From the IMG/VR virus record IMGVR_UViG_3300012665_000925, positions 1 through 64,000 of that record: a stretch of 64,000 bases of DNA. One strand, written 5' to 3'. Origin of the DNA: a virus. The notes beneath the pieces are model-generated. The model was given only the letters and a program-made list of their open reading frames with translations, made no database searches and had not been told where the DNA came from. Position 1 is the first letter of the stretch. Every line of letters begins with the position of its first letter. The position numbers and the translations under genes were made by a program. This document shows, in pieces, positions 15,943 through 26,700 of the stretch.

Positions 15943-18900
15943 ATGTCTGATTATCTAGACAGCTTATACACCAAGCTAAACGCTATCATTGCCGCGGGAA
16001 TCGGTATTCCTAATGGCCCAGGTGCTAACGACTACTTCTGGATGATTCAGCCACGTGACCGCAGAGGTCAGTGGATTGAGATGGGTGCTGACTTCGAAGC
16101 TCTTATCGAACTTCCAGACGGCCGCACCATTAGCGTCATAGGTAAAGCTGTTGGTTCGAACGGTACCGAAGGTATGGTTCGTATGTTGGTCCGTGGGTAC
16201 GGAGACCAGGGTGTTCCAGACCAGATTCTAGGTATCGAATCTAAGAACGCACAGAAGGTTGCAGCTGTTCTACCTAAGGGCTACGCAAAGGGTAAAGGCG
16301 CTAAAGAAACAGACATCAACGGAAACACTATCTCTGGCCGTCGTGCTCAGAAGCTTGCCGAGATGGAAACAGCCGAGATTACCCCAGACGACATTCGTAT
16401 GGCAGAGCAGGGTCAGAACGCACCTGAGGCCAAGCTAGGTAAAGACTTCGAGAACTCTCCAGAAGGTCAGGCAATTGCAGAGCTTCCATCAGCTGCTGCA
16501 GAGGTTGCAACTCCTGAAGAAGTTGCAGACATGCTCGACGGTGCAAAAGACCCTAAAGATATGACTCTGAAAGAGCTATCTGACGAGATGAGTGCTCCAG
16601 TTAGCGATAGTGCTAGCATCGACCGTTACAACAACATCACTGAAGAATTTTATAACCGAGGTGGCTACTCTGCTCTCCGTAAGGAAGAGGGTACAACTCC
16701 AGAAGAAGCAATCGACGACGCTATTGCTAAAGCTGCAGACCAGGGCGGCGACATTGACCTAGACAATCTAATCATGGGTGCAGACTCAGAGAAGAAGGGT
16801 CGCAAGAAGAAGGACCCAGCTGAGGGTGGAAAAGCTCTACCTGACGTAGGCGATGACGATGAAGAGCCAGTTGTTCCTGTTGCAGACCTATTCGACCAGG
16901 GACCAGGCGCACAGTCAGACTTGACTGGAGCTCGTTCAGCTTCCTACGCAGTAACCCCCGAAGACATTGGTAAGGATGACATCATCCTTGGTCCTTTCGG
17001 TGACCCTGTAAAGATTACCGCCATGAACTGGGGTAACGAAGAAGATGGCGAAGACCCAGATGCCGTAACTATCGATTTCGTAGATGCTGCTGGCAACGAA
17101 GATTCTATGGACGTCAACCGCTACGACGACCTTACTCAGGTTGACCTAGAGCCTTCAACTCCTGCAGTTGCTGAAACTCCAGAGCCTGAAGTTGCAAAGC
17201 CAGCTAAGACTCCTAAGACTCCTAAAACTCCTAAGACTCCAGAGCCAATCTCTCCTGAAGACGCTACTCCAGTTGAAGAGCCAGAGAGGGTTGCACCTGA
17301 CAGTGCAACAGAAATCCCTTCTTCAGAAGTTGAGATTGGCGACACTTACTACACCAAGGGTGGAGCTAGGGAGATTGGTAAGGTTACTATGATTAGTAAC
17401 GACCCAAACAACCCTGGAAAGCGTATGGCACGCGTAACTCTAGACGGTAAAGACCGTGGATGGTGGCCACTAGGCGACAGCGCGATGATTGACAAGGGCG
17501 AGAAAGCTCCTGAAGCTCCTGCAGCTCCTGAAGTTCCTGAAACCCCTGCTACACCAGAGGTACCTGCAACTCCAGAGACTCCTGCAACTCCAGACAAGGT
17601 TGGCGGAACAGCCGAGCAGGCTGGTCAACTAATTGACCTAGATGATGCTGGTATTGATGACCAGGCTCTAGCCGACGAAGTATCTAAGGTTCTGAACTAC
17701 AAGGGTCCAATCAGCGAGCTAGATGGTGCTGACTTGGATGACCTAATCGCTCGTGTAAAGGCTAGCGTCTCAGACCAGCCAAAGATTGTGTCACCTGAAG
17801 AACCAGAGACTCCTGCTAAGCCTACGCCTGACACTGGCGAGCTTCCTGTAGAAGAGACTCCGCTAGACACTAGCGACCGTGTCGGCGACCCAGACGAGGC
17901 TGCACTGCCTTCTGAGTTTGACGTAGACAATGGCGAGCCTATTGCTATGGCTATGCCTGGCCCTGGTGGCCCTGGCAGCTTCAGCTTCGGCGATGGCGGT
18001 CCAAACGATATCCGTAATGCCAAGGTTGATGTTCTTCGTGACTCTAAGGGAAACATCATCTACGACGCTGACGAAGATGGTAACCCTATCCTCAAGGGTG
18101 GCAAAAAAGTCCCTCTTATGGACCCAGAGGCATTCAAGGCTCTTATTAAGAAGTTCTTCCCGAATGCAAAAATCACTGCAGACGGTCTAGGAATCAACAT
18201 TGCCCGCGAGTCTATCGATGGCAAGACCTTCGAGATGGGCCTAAAGCGTCTTGACAAGGGAACTCACGCTGTAACGTTATCTGTCACAGATGACGTAACT
18301 GGCGAGCGTACCGACTACATCGTTGCTGATGAGCGCAAGTCTTGGCAAGCAGTGTGGAACTTCCGCAAGGACGGTGGAGGTAACAGCCCATTCGCTATCT
18401 GGAACCTAATCACTGGAGCTCCTGGTGCTAAGGGTAAGTTTGGTAGCACTGACTACACCAAGAAGGGCTCTGCTCTAGAGCGTCTTCAGTATTGGAGAGT
18501 CCAGAAGAGCAACCTTCCTGGCGTACCTCGTCTTGCCACTATGGAAGAAATCTTCGAGGGTGCCGCTAATGGCCGCAAGCAGACACTCAACTTCTCTCTA
18601 CCTAAGAACCCTAAGACTGGTAGACAGTTCACCATGGACGAGTGGATGTCTCCAAACAACAAGGCAGTACGTGAGGCAAACGCCACATGGATGTCTCAGC
18701 GTGCTGGCGAGATTGGCTCTCTAAAGGATGCTATCGAAAAGGCTTTGGCTACGAGAGACTGGTCTGGCGCTTACTTCCTAATGTTGCAGCTTAAGGGCCG
18801 CTTCCCACAGGACCTAGACACACTAGCTAAGCTTCGTAACATGATGTACTCATACATCAGAACGAACCTACCTGGCGCAGACATGCGTAGGGTTTCTGGT

Positions 18901-19566
18901 GCTGTAAGCCGTCTATCTAACGTTGTTCGCGGCGGGTTGAAGAACTCTGCCAAGCTTGAAATCCCTTACATCTCTGCAGATGGCCACACCGAGGTTGTCG
19001 AAGGAATGTGGGTCAAGTACGAGAACATCCAGGGTGAGGTCTCAGTTGGTAAGGTTGTAAAGCGTCGTCCAAGTGATGACATTGCTCGACCTGTTCAGTC
19101 TCCAGACGGAGCTAGCTACCAGCACCACGACCAGGTAGTAGTTGAGTTTGCTGATGGCACTCAGGTAGACCAAATCACTGCAGCCAACTTGACAGTAGTC
19201 AAGAAGGGCGAGCCAGAGTACGAAAACGCTACTAGATACGTAGGCAAGCCTAAGAAGTCTAAGTGGATGGCAGAACGTGAAGAAGCAGTTGGCTTGGACA
19301 ACTACTTCAATGGAATCGACCTAGACGAGCTCAATGGCGAAGGCGAAGATGGCGGAGAGCCTTCTGGCCCGACTAAAGTTGACGACCTGACTCCTGGAAG
19401 TGGTTTCTACTCTAAGACTGGCGAGTTGCTAGGTCAAGTTGTAGACATTCAGCCAATCACTGCTAAGAATGGAAAAGCTGGTTTTGCTATCGCCTATGTC
19501 ACCCCTGAAGGTGAGACCAAGGTCGTTACGATTGCAGCTGGTGAACTCCGCGGCCCAAAAGCGTAG
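15943..19566 (+). CDS. Large head-associated protein (1207 aa); N-terminal half of a frameshift fusion
   Basis: AAGGA RBS; QPRDRRGQW motif; acidic Pro-rich linkers; ends at slippery CCCAAAA. Confidence 0.85.
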   Translation: MSDYLDSLYTKLNAIIAAGIGIPNGPGANDYFWMIQPRDRRGQWIEMGADFEALIELPDGRTISVIGKAVGSNGTEGMVRMLVRGYGDQGVPDQILGIESKNAQKVAAVLPKGYAKGKGAKETDINGNTISGRRAQKLAEMETAEITPDDIRMAEQGQNAPEAKLGKDFENSPEGQAIAELPSAAAEVATPEEVADMLDGAKDPKDMTLKELSDEMSAPVSDSASIDRYNNITEEFYNRGGYSALRKEEGTTPEEAIDDAIAKAADQGGDIDLDNLIMGADSEKKGRKKKDPAEGGKALPDVGDDDEEPVVPVADLFDQGPGAQSDLTGARSASYAVTPEDIGKDDIILGPFGDPVKITAMNWGNEEDGEDPDAVTIDFVDAAGNEDSMDVNRYDDLTQVDLEPSTPAVAETPEPEVAKPAKTPKTPKTPKTPEPISPEDATPVEEPERVAPDSATEIPSSEVEIGDTYYTKGGAREIGKVTMISNDPNNPGKRMARVTLDGKDRGWWPLGDSAMIDKGEKAPEAPAAPEVPETPATPEVPATPETPATPDKVGGTAEQAGQLIDLDDAGIDDQALADEVSKVLNYKGPISELDGADLDDLIARVKASVSDQPKIVSPEEPETPAKPTPDTGELPVEETPLDTSDRVGDPDEAALPSEFDVDNGEPIAMAMPGPGGPGSFSFGDGGPNDIRNAKVDVLRDSKGNIIYDADEDGNPILKGGKKVPLMDPEAFKALIKKFFPNAKITADGLGINIARESIDGKTFEMGLKRLDKGTHAVTLSVTDDVTGERTDYIVADERKSWQAVWNFRKDGGGNSPFAIWNLITGAPGAKGKFGSTDYTKKGSALERLQYWRVQKSNLPGVPRLATMEEIFEGAANGRKQTLNFSLPKNPKTGRQFTMDEWMSPNNKAVREANATWMSQRAGEIGSLKDAIEKALATRDWSGAYFLMLQLKGRFPQDLDTLAKLRNMMYSYIRTNLPGADMRRVSGAVSRLSNVVRGGLKNSAKLEIPYISADGHTEVVEGMWVKYENIQGEVSVGKVVKRRPSDDIARPVQSPDGASYQHHDQVVVEFADGTQVDQITAANLTVVKKGEPEYENATRYVGKPKKSKWMAEREEAVGLDNYFNGIDLDELNGEGEDGGEPSGPTKVDDLTPGSGFYSKTGELLGQVVDIQPITAKNGKAGFAIAYVTPEGETKVVTIAAGELRGPKA

Positions 19567-19613
19567 AGGCTTCTGACTCCACGCCTCAGGGACCTGAGGG
19601 GACTCCAGAAGCC
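19554..19613 (+). promoter_or_regulatory. Putative -1 programmed ribosomal frameshift signal
   Basis: C-CCA-AAA heptamer in frame; 7-nt spacer; hairpin GGCTTCTG...CCTCAG/CTGAGG...CAGAAGCC; open -1 frame. Confidence 0.75.
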
Positions 19614-22600
19614 GCGGCTAGTTCATTAGATGCGCTGGGAATTGATTTCCAGTCAGCAACTATGGACGCTAGCGGTACCCGACTTCCTACTCCTGGTGCT
19701 TTCACTGGTCGCTTCCAGAAAATTATGGAAGGCGCTAAGAACTGGAAAGATGTTGCTAAGCGTCTAAAGGGCGAGACTGTAACCTACTTCGACTTCGAGA
19801 CTACTGGTATCGCAGACTACGACGGTCAGAACATTACCAACGACCCAGTTCAGCTTGGTGCAGTTCAGGTTAAGAATGGCAAGATTGTAAAGCGTTTCAA
19901 CGTCTACATCAACCCAGAAAGCAAACTATCTGACTGGTCTGCCAATAACCTCAAGCGTGACGTTGTAGATGAAAATGGCGACAGAGTTCTCGACGAGAAT
20001 GGTCGCCCAGCGTCTACTCTGGTAACTCCTGACTGGCTTGAAGGTCAGATGTCTCAGAAGCAGGCTTTAGAAGACTTCATCGAATTCATGGGACCTGGTG
20101 CTCTAGTTGGTGGACAGAACGTTCCGTTTGATATGGAGCTTCTCAAGCGTATGGCCGACAAGTACGACGTCGACCTGGATATCGCTGGAACTATCGACTC
20201 TAAGGACCTTGCTTCACTTCTCCCTAAGTATGACCCTGAGAAGGGCATCGACGGACCGAAGGCTCCAGACCGCAAGACTGGCGAGATTAAAGCCACCTCT
20301 AGCCTCGGTCCTGTTGCAAACTTCCTAGGCTTCGAGCCTGCTAACTGGCACTCAGCTGATGGTGACGCTGAAGACTCATACAACCTAGTCTCTAAAATTA
20401 TTGAGCGTGCTGGTAGCGAAGGTAGCGAAGACCTAAGTCTTCTAGACTTCCCTGCAATGGCAAAGCGTTACAAAGAGCGTATGGCTGAGTTCAAGGCGGT
20501 TGTTGACCCTAGCAACCCAATTACCGAAGCTCAGACTGCTGCTCTTCAGAAGTTCTCCGAATCAGACGACCCTCTGGTTTCCGAGCTGGCTAAAGATGCA
20601 ATGTCTTCCGCCACTACTCGTGGTTCAGCCGCCGAAGCCCTTGCTAACATTCACGCTGCAGATGAGGATGACTCGTCACTAGGCCCTATCGGTGCTGACC
20701 CCCGTGAGTCGGATATATCTTGGAAAATGGAGGGTGACCCAGTCCTCAAGAGAGTTACATACACGGGCTCTAATGGATACGTAATTAAGCGCAAGGCATT
20801 TTTTGGTGTCAAAAAAGGCAAGGCATCTGGATACGCTTACACGATTGAAGACCCCGAGGGAAATCCAGTCCCTGACGGTAGACACACAACCCTAGCAAAA
20901 GCTAAAGAGCGCGTAGCTAAACTCTCCGAGACTAGCAGTGCCGTATCTCAAATCAACGCGGCTGAATCTGACCCAGACTTTGACGATGTAGAGCTACCAG
21001 AAGAGATTCAGTCGCTCATCATGCAGGCTGATGTAGATGACGAAGAGTCAGATTCAGACTTTGATGATGTAGACCTTTCTGACTTCCTAAGTAGAGTAAG
21101 CACCGCTAAAGTTCCAGCACCTAAGCCAGTCTCTAAGCCAGCCTCGGTCATTGGAGCCATTGGTCAAAAAGCCGCTGAGTTCGCCAAGAAACGCCGTTTG
21201 ACCATGCAGCGTAACGCTATCCCTGAGCTAGCTATTGATGTAGAAAATCTAAAAGAAGTTAGAATCCCTGGTGCTAAAGCAGGTAGAAAAGCATATGCTC
21301 CTTCTGCTGAGGCGACAGAAGTTAAAGACGAAATGGTTGCCTTAGGTCGAGAAGTTGTCGACCAGGCAGTAGAAGAGATTCTTCCTGAGCTAAAGGCCGA
21401 AGGCATAATTGATGAATCATTTGATAGCGTTGACGAGGCTCTAGCAGCGTTTGAAACACTCCATGACGCAGCTAACCAGGGGATTACTGACAATCAATCT
21501 AAGATGAAGCCTCTAATTACTGGACTCAGGTCGGAGCTCCTAGAGGAGGCTACGCCAGAGCAGTTTGACGCCCTTGCTCAGAACATTGTTGATTTGTTGA
21601 AGCTCGACATGAGTAAAGAAGATGCTTTGAAATTTATCAAATCTGGCGATGCGCTGAGTTTGGAAAAGCGTAGCACATACAACGCGTACTACGTGTCAGA
21701 AGAAAACAAACTTAGTGACGAACAGATTGAAAAAAATAAAGAGTATAACGAAAAGATAGAAGTTGCTAAAGAAGCGCTATCGGAGCTACTTGCAGAGGTA
21801 GTCTTTGAGACTACAGCAGGAGACTACAAACTAGCCAGCGACCCTTGGACGTTTACCCACCGAGCAGTATCTCTCCGAGAAGTTGCAGGTATCCTACTGC
21901 TTCAGAAGGATAAAGAGAGGCTTGCTCAAATCGAGGCAATTGCACAGAAGATGCAAGAATTTGAAGCTACTAGAAAGAGATTTAGCCCGAACTCGCTTTC
22001 CAAAGAAATTAACAAGCGTATTCGTGATAAAGCAATGAAGACTCTTAAGGAAAATGGATTCAAGTTTGACTCTGTTCCTTTGGACCAGTTTGAAGGTCTA
22101 TTAATTACTCCTGGTAGCAACCCTAGACCTATTACCGAGAAGACTCAGCTTGGGAAGATGTTGATTGAAGCTTTCCAGTATGTTCCTCGGAATGTTCTTC
22201 TTGCATCCATCGATAGGATGAAACTGGAGAAACGCAAGCTCACCATCAGACAAACTAGGATTGGTGTTCGTGCTCACTACCAAGATAAAGAAATGCTAAT
22301 CCGTGCAGACACTACTGACTCTCTATTGCACGAGTTCTGGCATTTTATTCAGTCTGGAAATAAAAATATTCGTGCCCTAGAACACGCATGGTTATTCGGC
22401 AGAATGGCAGATGAAAATGGAGAACTACCTGGTCTAACCGCTACTGGAAGCTCTAGTAATGAGCAGGCTTTTGCAGTAAACGGACTAGTCTCTACTTACA
22501 CATCTAAACAGTATGCAGACATGCGTAGCGGAGGGGCCTTCTTCCACCCAAAGAATGCTTTTACCGAAGTGTCAACGACTCTGATGCAGGACTTGTTCAC

Positions 22601-22844
22601 CTCTGTCGGCGAGTATTCTGAGCCAAACGGAAGAACAGTAAAGACTGGTAGAGGCCCAAGCAGTAGAGTCTACAGAAATGCTTACTATGATGAAGCAACT
22701 GGCGTCTGGTATGCTGACAGTACCAAGCAAGAAAGAATCCAACCTAGAATTGTCTATGGTCGTGACAAGTCGCAGGGCATTGACTATGACTTCAAGGCTT
22801 TTGGATTCGGACTACTTATGGCACTACACGACTGGGAGGCATAA
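19560..22844 (+). CDS. DEDDh (DnaQ-like) 3'-5' exonuclease plus HEXXH zincin-like domain protein; -1 frame extension of the upstream ORF
   Basis: FDFETTG (ExoI), GQNVPFD (ExoII), HSADGD (ExoIII), LLHEFWH; frame open from 19560; no RBS at ATG 19662. Confidence 0.8.
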   Translation, partial: SVEASDSTPQGPEGTPEAAASSLDALGIDFQSATMDASGTRLPTPGAFTGRFQKIMEGAKNWKDVAKRLKGETVTYFDFETTGIADYDGQNITNDPVQLGAVQVKNGKIVKRFNVYINPESKLSDWSANNLKRDVVDENGDRVLDENGRPASTLVTPDWLEGQMSQKQALEDFIEFMGPGALVGGQNVPFDMELLKRMADKYDVDLDIAGTIDSKDLASLLPKYDPEKGIDGPKAPDRKTGEIKATSSLGPVANFLGFEPANWHSADGDAEDSYNLVSKIIERAGSEGSEDLSLLDFPAMAKRYKERMAEFKAVVDPSNPITEAQTAALQKFSESDDPLVSELAKDAMSSATTRGSAAEALANIHAADEDDSSLGPIGADPRESDISWKMEGDPVLKRVTYTGSNGYVIKRKAFFGVKKGKASGYAYTIEDPEGNPVPDGRHTTLAKAKERVAKLSETSSAVSQINAAESDPDFDDVELPEEIQSLIMQADVDDEESDSDFDDVDLSDFLSRVSTAKVPAPKPVSKPASVIGAIGQKAAEFAKKRRLTMQRNAIPELAIDVENLKEVRIPGAKAGRKAYAPSAEATEVKDEMVALGREVVDQAVEEILPELKAEGIIDESFDSVDEALAAFETLHDAANQGITDNQSKMKPLITGLRSELLEEATPEQFDALAQNIVDLLKLDMSKEDALKFIKSGDALSLEKRSTYNAYYVSEENKLSDEQIEKNKEYNEKIEVAKEALSELLAEVVFETTAGDYKLASDPWTFTHRAVSLREVAGILLLQKDKERLAQIEAIAQKMQEFEATRKRFSPNSLSKEINKRIRDKAMKTLKENGFKFDSVPLDQFEGLLITPGSNPRPITEKTQLGKMLIEAFQYVPRNVLLASIDRMKLEKRKLTIRQTRIGVRAHYQDKEMLIRADTTDSLLHEFWHFIQSGNKNIRALEHAWLFGRMADENGELPGLTATGSSSNEQAFAVNGLVSTYTSKQYADMRSGGAFFHPKNAFTEVSTTLMQDLFTSVGEYSEPNGRTVKTGRGPSSRVYRNAYYDEATGVWYADSTKQERIQPRIVYGRDKSQGIDYDFKAFGFGLLMALHDWEA

Positions 22845-23263
22845 TGAGCGATTTAGATAGATACGTATATGGCGTCAATCACACTAGCGAGAACTTCTCT
22901 AGCTTAGAGCCTTGGACCGTTGAGATTGATGACATCACCCTAACCTGGGTTCCTGCAATGCCATACCTTGTTGGCGAAGACTCTCCCGAGCTGGACCAAG
23001 TCATCTATGAAATCAATAGATTTATTAACTTCTCTAGGGTGGCGGATGATGGTTCTTTCAGCATTAGCTCGGTGGGCCCAGTAATTGCTGGCAACGTCAG
23101 CTCCCCCTACATGGTTCGTTATGCGATAGAATCTATCTATGGTGATACTACTAACCTAGTGTTCTCGGAAACTGCTCCCGAGTTTGAACCAGAAGATGAA
23201 GAAGACGAGGTAATTCTTGCTCAAGAAGACCTCGACAACCCAGAAGAGCAGCCAACTAACTAA
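22844..23263 (+). CDS. Acidic hypothetical protein
   Basis: 139 aa; GGAGG RBS; TAATG coupling. Confidence 0.8.
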   Translation: MSDLDRYVYGVNHTSENFSSLEPWTVEIDDITLTWVPAMPYLVGEDSPELDQVIYEINRFINFSRVADDGSFSISSVGPVIAGNVSSPYMVRYAIESIYGDTTNLVFSETAPEFEPEDEEDEVILAQEDLDNPEEQPTN

Positions 23264-23349
23264 TAAGAAAGCAAAGAGTTATGGTAGACTTAGTAAAGAA
23301 GCTATAGCTTCGCTAGTCTTCCAAACTTTCAAGAAGAAGGTACAAATTA

Positions 23350-23721
23350 ATGGCTAATCAGATTCCTGAGAATGCACCTGGACTATTCGACGTCCACCTG
23401 TACGTCAACCCTGAGACGCTTGTTGCAGAAGGCATGTTTTGCTTTGACTTCATGGGTATTGCTGTCCGACTAGATGGTGAGTGGAAGCAAGCACTGCGCG
23501 ACGAGACTCGCTTGAATGAGTTCACGAGATACAAGCAGTACATGATTGACTGGGACGTTGACTATGCTCCCGTCAAGGATGCCCCAGAGGGAGAGCTCTC
23601 TATGGAGCACGAAGTCGTACAGGCTTATGACAACAAAACCCTAACCTGGGAAATGGTTAAAAAATACTGCGTGCTTGTTAGTGACGAGAACGGTCGCAAC
23701 CCTGAAGCAGCAGCCCAGTAA
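23350..23721 (+). CDS. Hypothetical protein
   Basis: 123 aa; AAGAAGG RBS. Confidence 0.8.
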   Translation: MANQIPENAPGLFDVHLYVNPETLVAEGMFCFDFMGIAVRLDGEWKQALRDETRLNEFTRYKQYMIDWDVDYAPVKDAPEGELSMEHEVVQAYDNKTLTWEMVKKYCVLVSDENGRNPEAAAQ

Positions 23722-23740
23722 CTAAATTAAAGGCATCCAA

Positions 23741-26700
23741 ATGGTAGAATTCATTGGTCGTAACGGAAACTTAGCATTATTTAGTAATGATGCTGAGGCA
23801 GTTGTCATCAACACAGACCTCAACCTTGTTGTAGGTGTCGGAGACCACGCTGCGCTGTCTAGTGCACGAGTCTGGGAGCCTACTGAAGAGACTTTCTCTA
23901 ACTCAGTGGTGGAGCTTGCATCTGGTGCTGTCACTACCCTAGACATAAATGTTATAACTGCCTCTGCCCGTATGTACACCATCCCAGATGGTGCTAAGGC
24001 TGAAGCCAAGAAAGCCCTAGAGTGGCGTAAAGAAGAGAAGCGTGGCGGAACTCCTGTAGGTCTGAACACTGCTCGCACTCTTGCTAAGGGTGGACAAATA
24101 GGTATTGAAAAAGTACGCCACATTGCAAAGTACTTTGCCCGTCACGAAGTTGACAAAAAGGGCAAGGGCTACAAGCCTGGAGATGACGGCTTTCCGAGCA
24201 ACGGACGAATCGCGTGGGCCTTGTGGGGCGGAGACACCGCTTGGCGTTGGGCTAAGGCAATCGTTGAGCGCGAAAACAAGAAAGCTGTTACCGCTGGTGG
24301 ATACGCTCTACCTGGGTACAGAGACAACATAGAAACATACAAGACTTCAGACTCCTATGATTCTGAACTAGATGCTTTTAAGTCTGCTCACACCCTTGAC
24401 CCAGAGTACGGCCCTGAATTTATGGCTCGCGTTCGCATGGACGGCTCTGGCGTTGACCGACTTTACAAAGTAGACTTTGACGGCACCGTTGCTGTTTGGG
24501 ACGGTATGGGCTGGGACACACTTGGTCACGTTGATGGCGACATTTGGACTTACGACAATGCTCTTGATGACCCGTATGACCACTGCGAAAAAGACCACTT
24601 TGTTATTGACCCAGAATCAGCTGTCTACATTTCAGCTCGTATGCAGCAGGACCCGTTTGGTCGCGTCTCGATTGAAGAGATGGACCCAGATGAGGCTAAC
24701 CTATTCTCTGAGGCTGCCGCTGGCGAAGACTGGGACCTAGTTGACTACGCTGTAGCAGCTTCTGGTGCTCTAGTAGCATTCATCGGTGCCGAGACTGGTA
24801 AGGGTCCTAAGCCTGCTGGTGCAACCAAAGCTGGAGATGGCAAGTACACTACAGCCGAGCGTTCAAACATTGCTAAGGGTGCTCCACGTGACGCCACTGG
24901 CCAGTTTGCTAAGACTGGTGGTCGTGCTGTAGTTGGTAACGACACTGCTAACGGAGCTGGAACCATTGTTGGTAGAAGTGCTTCAACTCCAGGAAATATT
25001 CTTTTCAAGTCAGATAAGACTGGCGAAACTGTTGACATCCCAGCTAAGTTCACCACTCCTGAAGACAAGGTAGCCCCTCCAGCTCCTGCTGTTGATTATG
25101 GTGCCCCTCTAGATGTTTCTGGAATCCTTGGAGAGCCTCGTGCGCCTCAGGGGCAGACGGTGCAGCTCCCTGGAACTATGGAGCCAATTACTTCTCAAGA
25201 CCTAGGTCAGATGCTCGGCGACTGGGACACATACGTTCAGGAAGCTCGTGACTCTTTCACTGGCAAGGCTACAGACGATGAAGTTCGTCAGTACGCTAAA
25301 GACACTAACCAGAAGATTCGTGAAGTCCCTACTGTTGTCGAAGGCAAAGCTACATCTATTAAAGATGGAAAGTTTGTTGTCGAGTCTATTCCAGACCCAG
25401 TAATCACTGACGACGCTAACCCAGACAATGCTACTGCTCCTGGAATGATTAAGGCTCAGGCTCTAAGAAAACCTATCCTATTTGAAGAGCCTGCAACTCC
25501 TCCAACTCCTAACGAGCAGCTTCGTGGTGTTAAGAACGCTGAGCGTTCAGCTGACTCTGCTAAGGCAAAGGCTGCCACTGCTGCTCAGGAAAAACTACGT
25601 AAAGCAAAGAACGCTGACCGCCAAGCTGAGAAAGCTCCAGTTGGCCAGTCTGAGAAGCTACGCAATGTAAAGAACGCCGAACGCTCTGCTGATTCAGCAA
25701 AAGCAAAGGAAGCAGCTAAGGCTCAGGAGCGTCTACGCCAAGCCAAGAATGCAGACCGAGCCGCGGAGAAGACTCCAGTAGGTCAGTCTGAAAAACTTCG
25801 TCAGGTAAAGAACGCTGAGCGTTCAGCAGACAGCAAGAAGATTAAGGCAGAAGCGGATGCTCGCGAACGTCTACGTCAGGCTAAGAACGCTGACCGTCAG
25901 GCAGAAAAGACTCCTCTAGGTCCAAATGAAAAACTACGTCAGGTTAAAAACGCCGAGCGTAGTGCAGACTCTAAGAAAATCAAAGCCGAAGCAGATGCAC
26001 GTGAAAGACTACGTCAAGCCAAGAATGCCGAGCGTGCTACTCCTAAGCCTGGGCTAGACCGTACAGAGCGTATGAAGCCTAAGCCAGATGCTCAGAGTGG
26101 TAAGTATGTAGTTAAGAAGGGTGATAGCCTCTGGTCTATTGCCGAGAAGAACAAGCCTAAGGGCTCTTCGACTGCCGAGTACTGGGCCAAGGTAATGAAG
26201 GCTAACCCTAAGGGTAACTTCAAGTCTGGCAACCCAAGCTTGATTTACTCTGGTGAAAAGGTAAACCTACCTGGCTACAATGCACCTTCTGCCCCTAAGA
26301 TGACTCCAGCGCAGAAGCGCAATGCTGATGCTAAGCAGTATGGTCAAGGTATTCTTGCTGGCAAGGCTAAAGCAAAGGCTGAGAGCGACAAGCGTAATGC
26401 AGATGCTAAGGCATACGGCGAAGGTAAACTAGCTGGAATTGCTAAGGATAAGGCTCAGAAATCAGCTAAGGCAAATGCCGATGCCAAGGAATATGGCGAA
26501 GGTAAACTAGCTGGCATTGCTAAAGCCAAAGCCGAGAGTGCTAAGCGCAACGCTGATGCTAAGGAAATTGGCGAAGCTAAGAAAGCTGGCATTGCCAAGG
26601 GCGAAGCTCAGAAGTCTGCAAAAGCAAACGCTGATGCTAAGGAAGTTGGCACTGCCAAACTAGACGCCGCCGCTAAAGTCAAGGCCGACAACGCTAAGCG

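Noticed and set aside
19564-19566. Amber readthrough or alternative genetic code
   Set aside because: The downstream ORF is in the -1 frame, and TAG ends many other genes normally.
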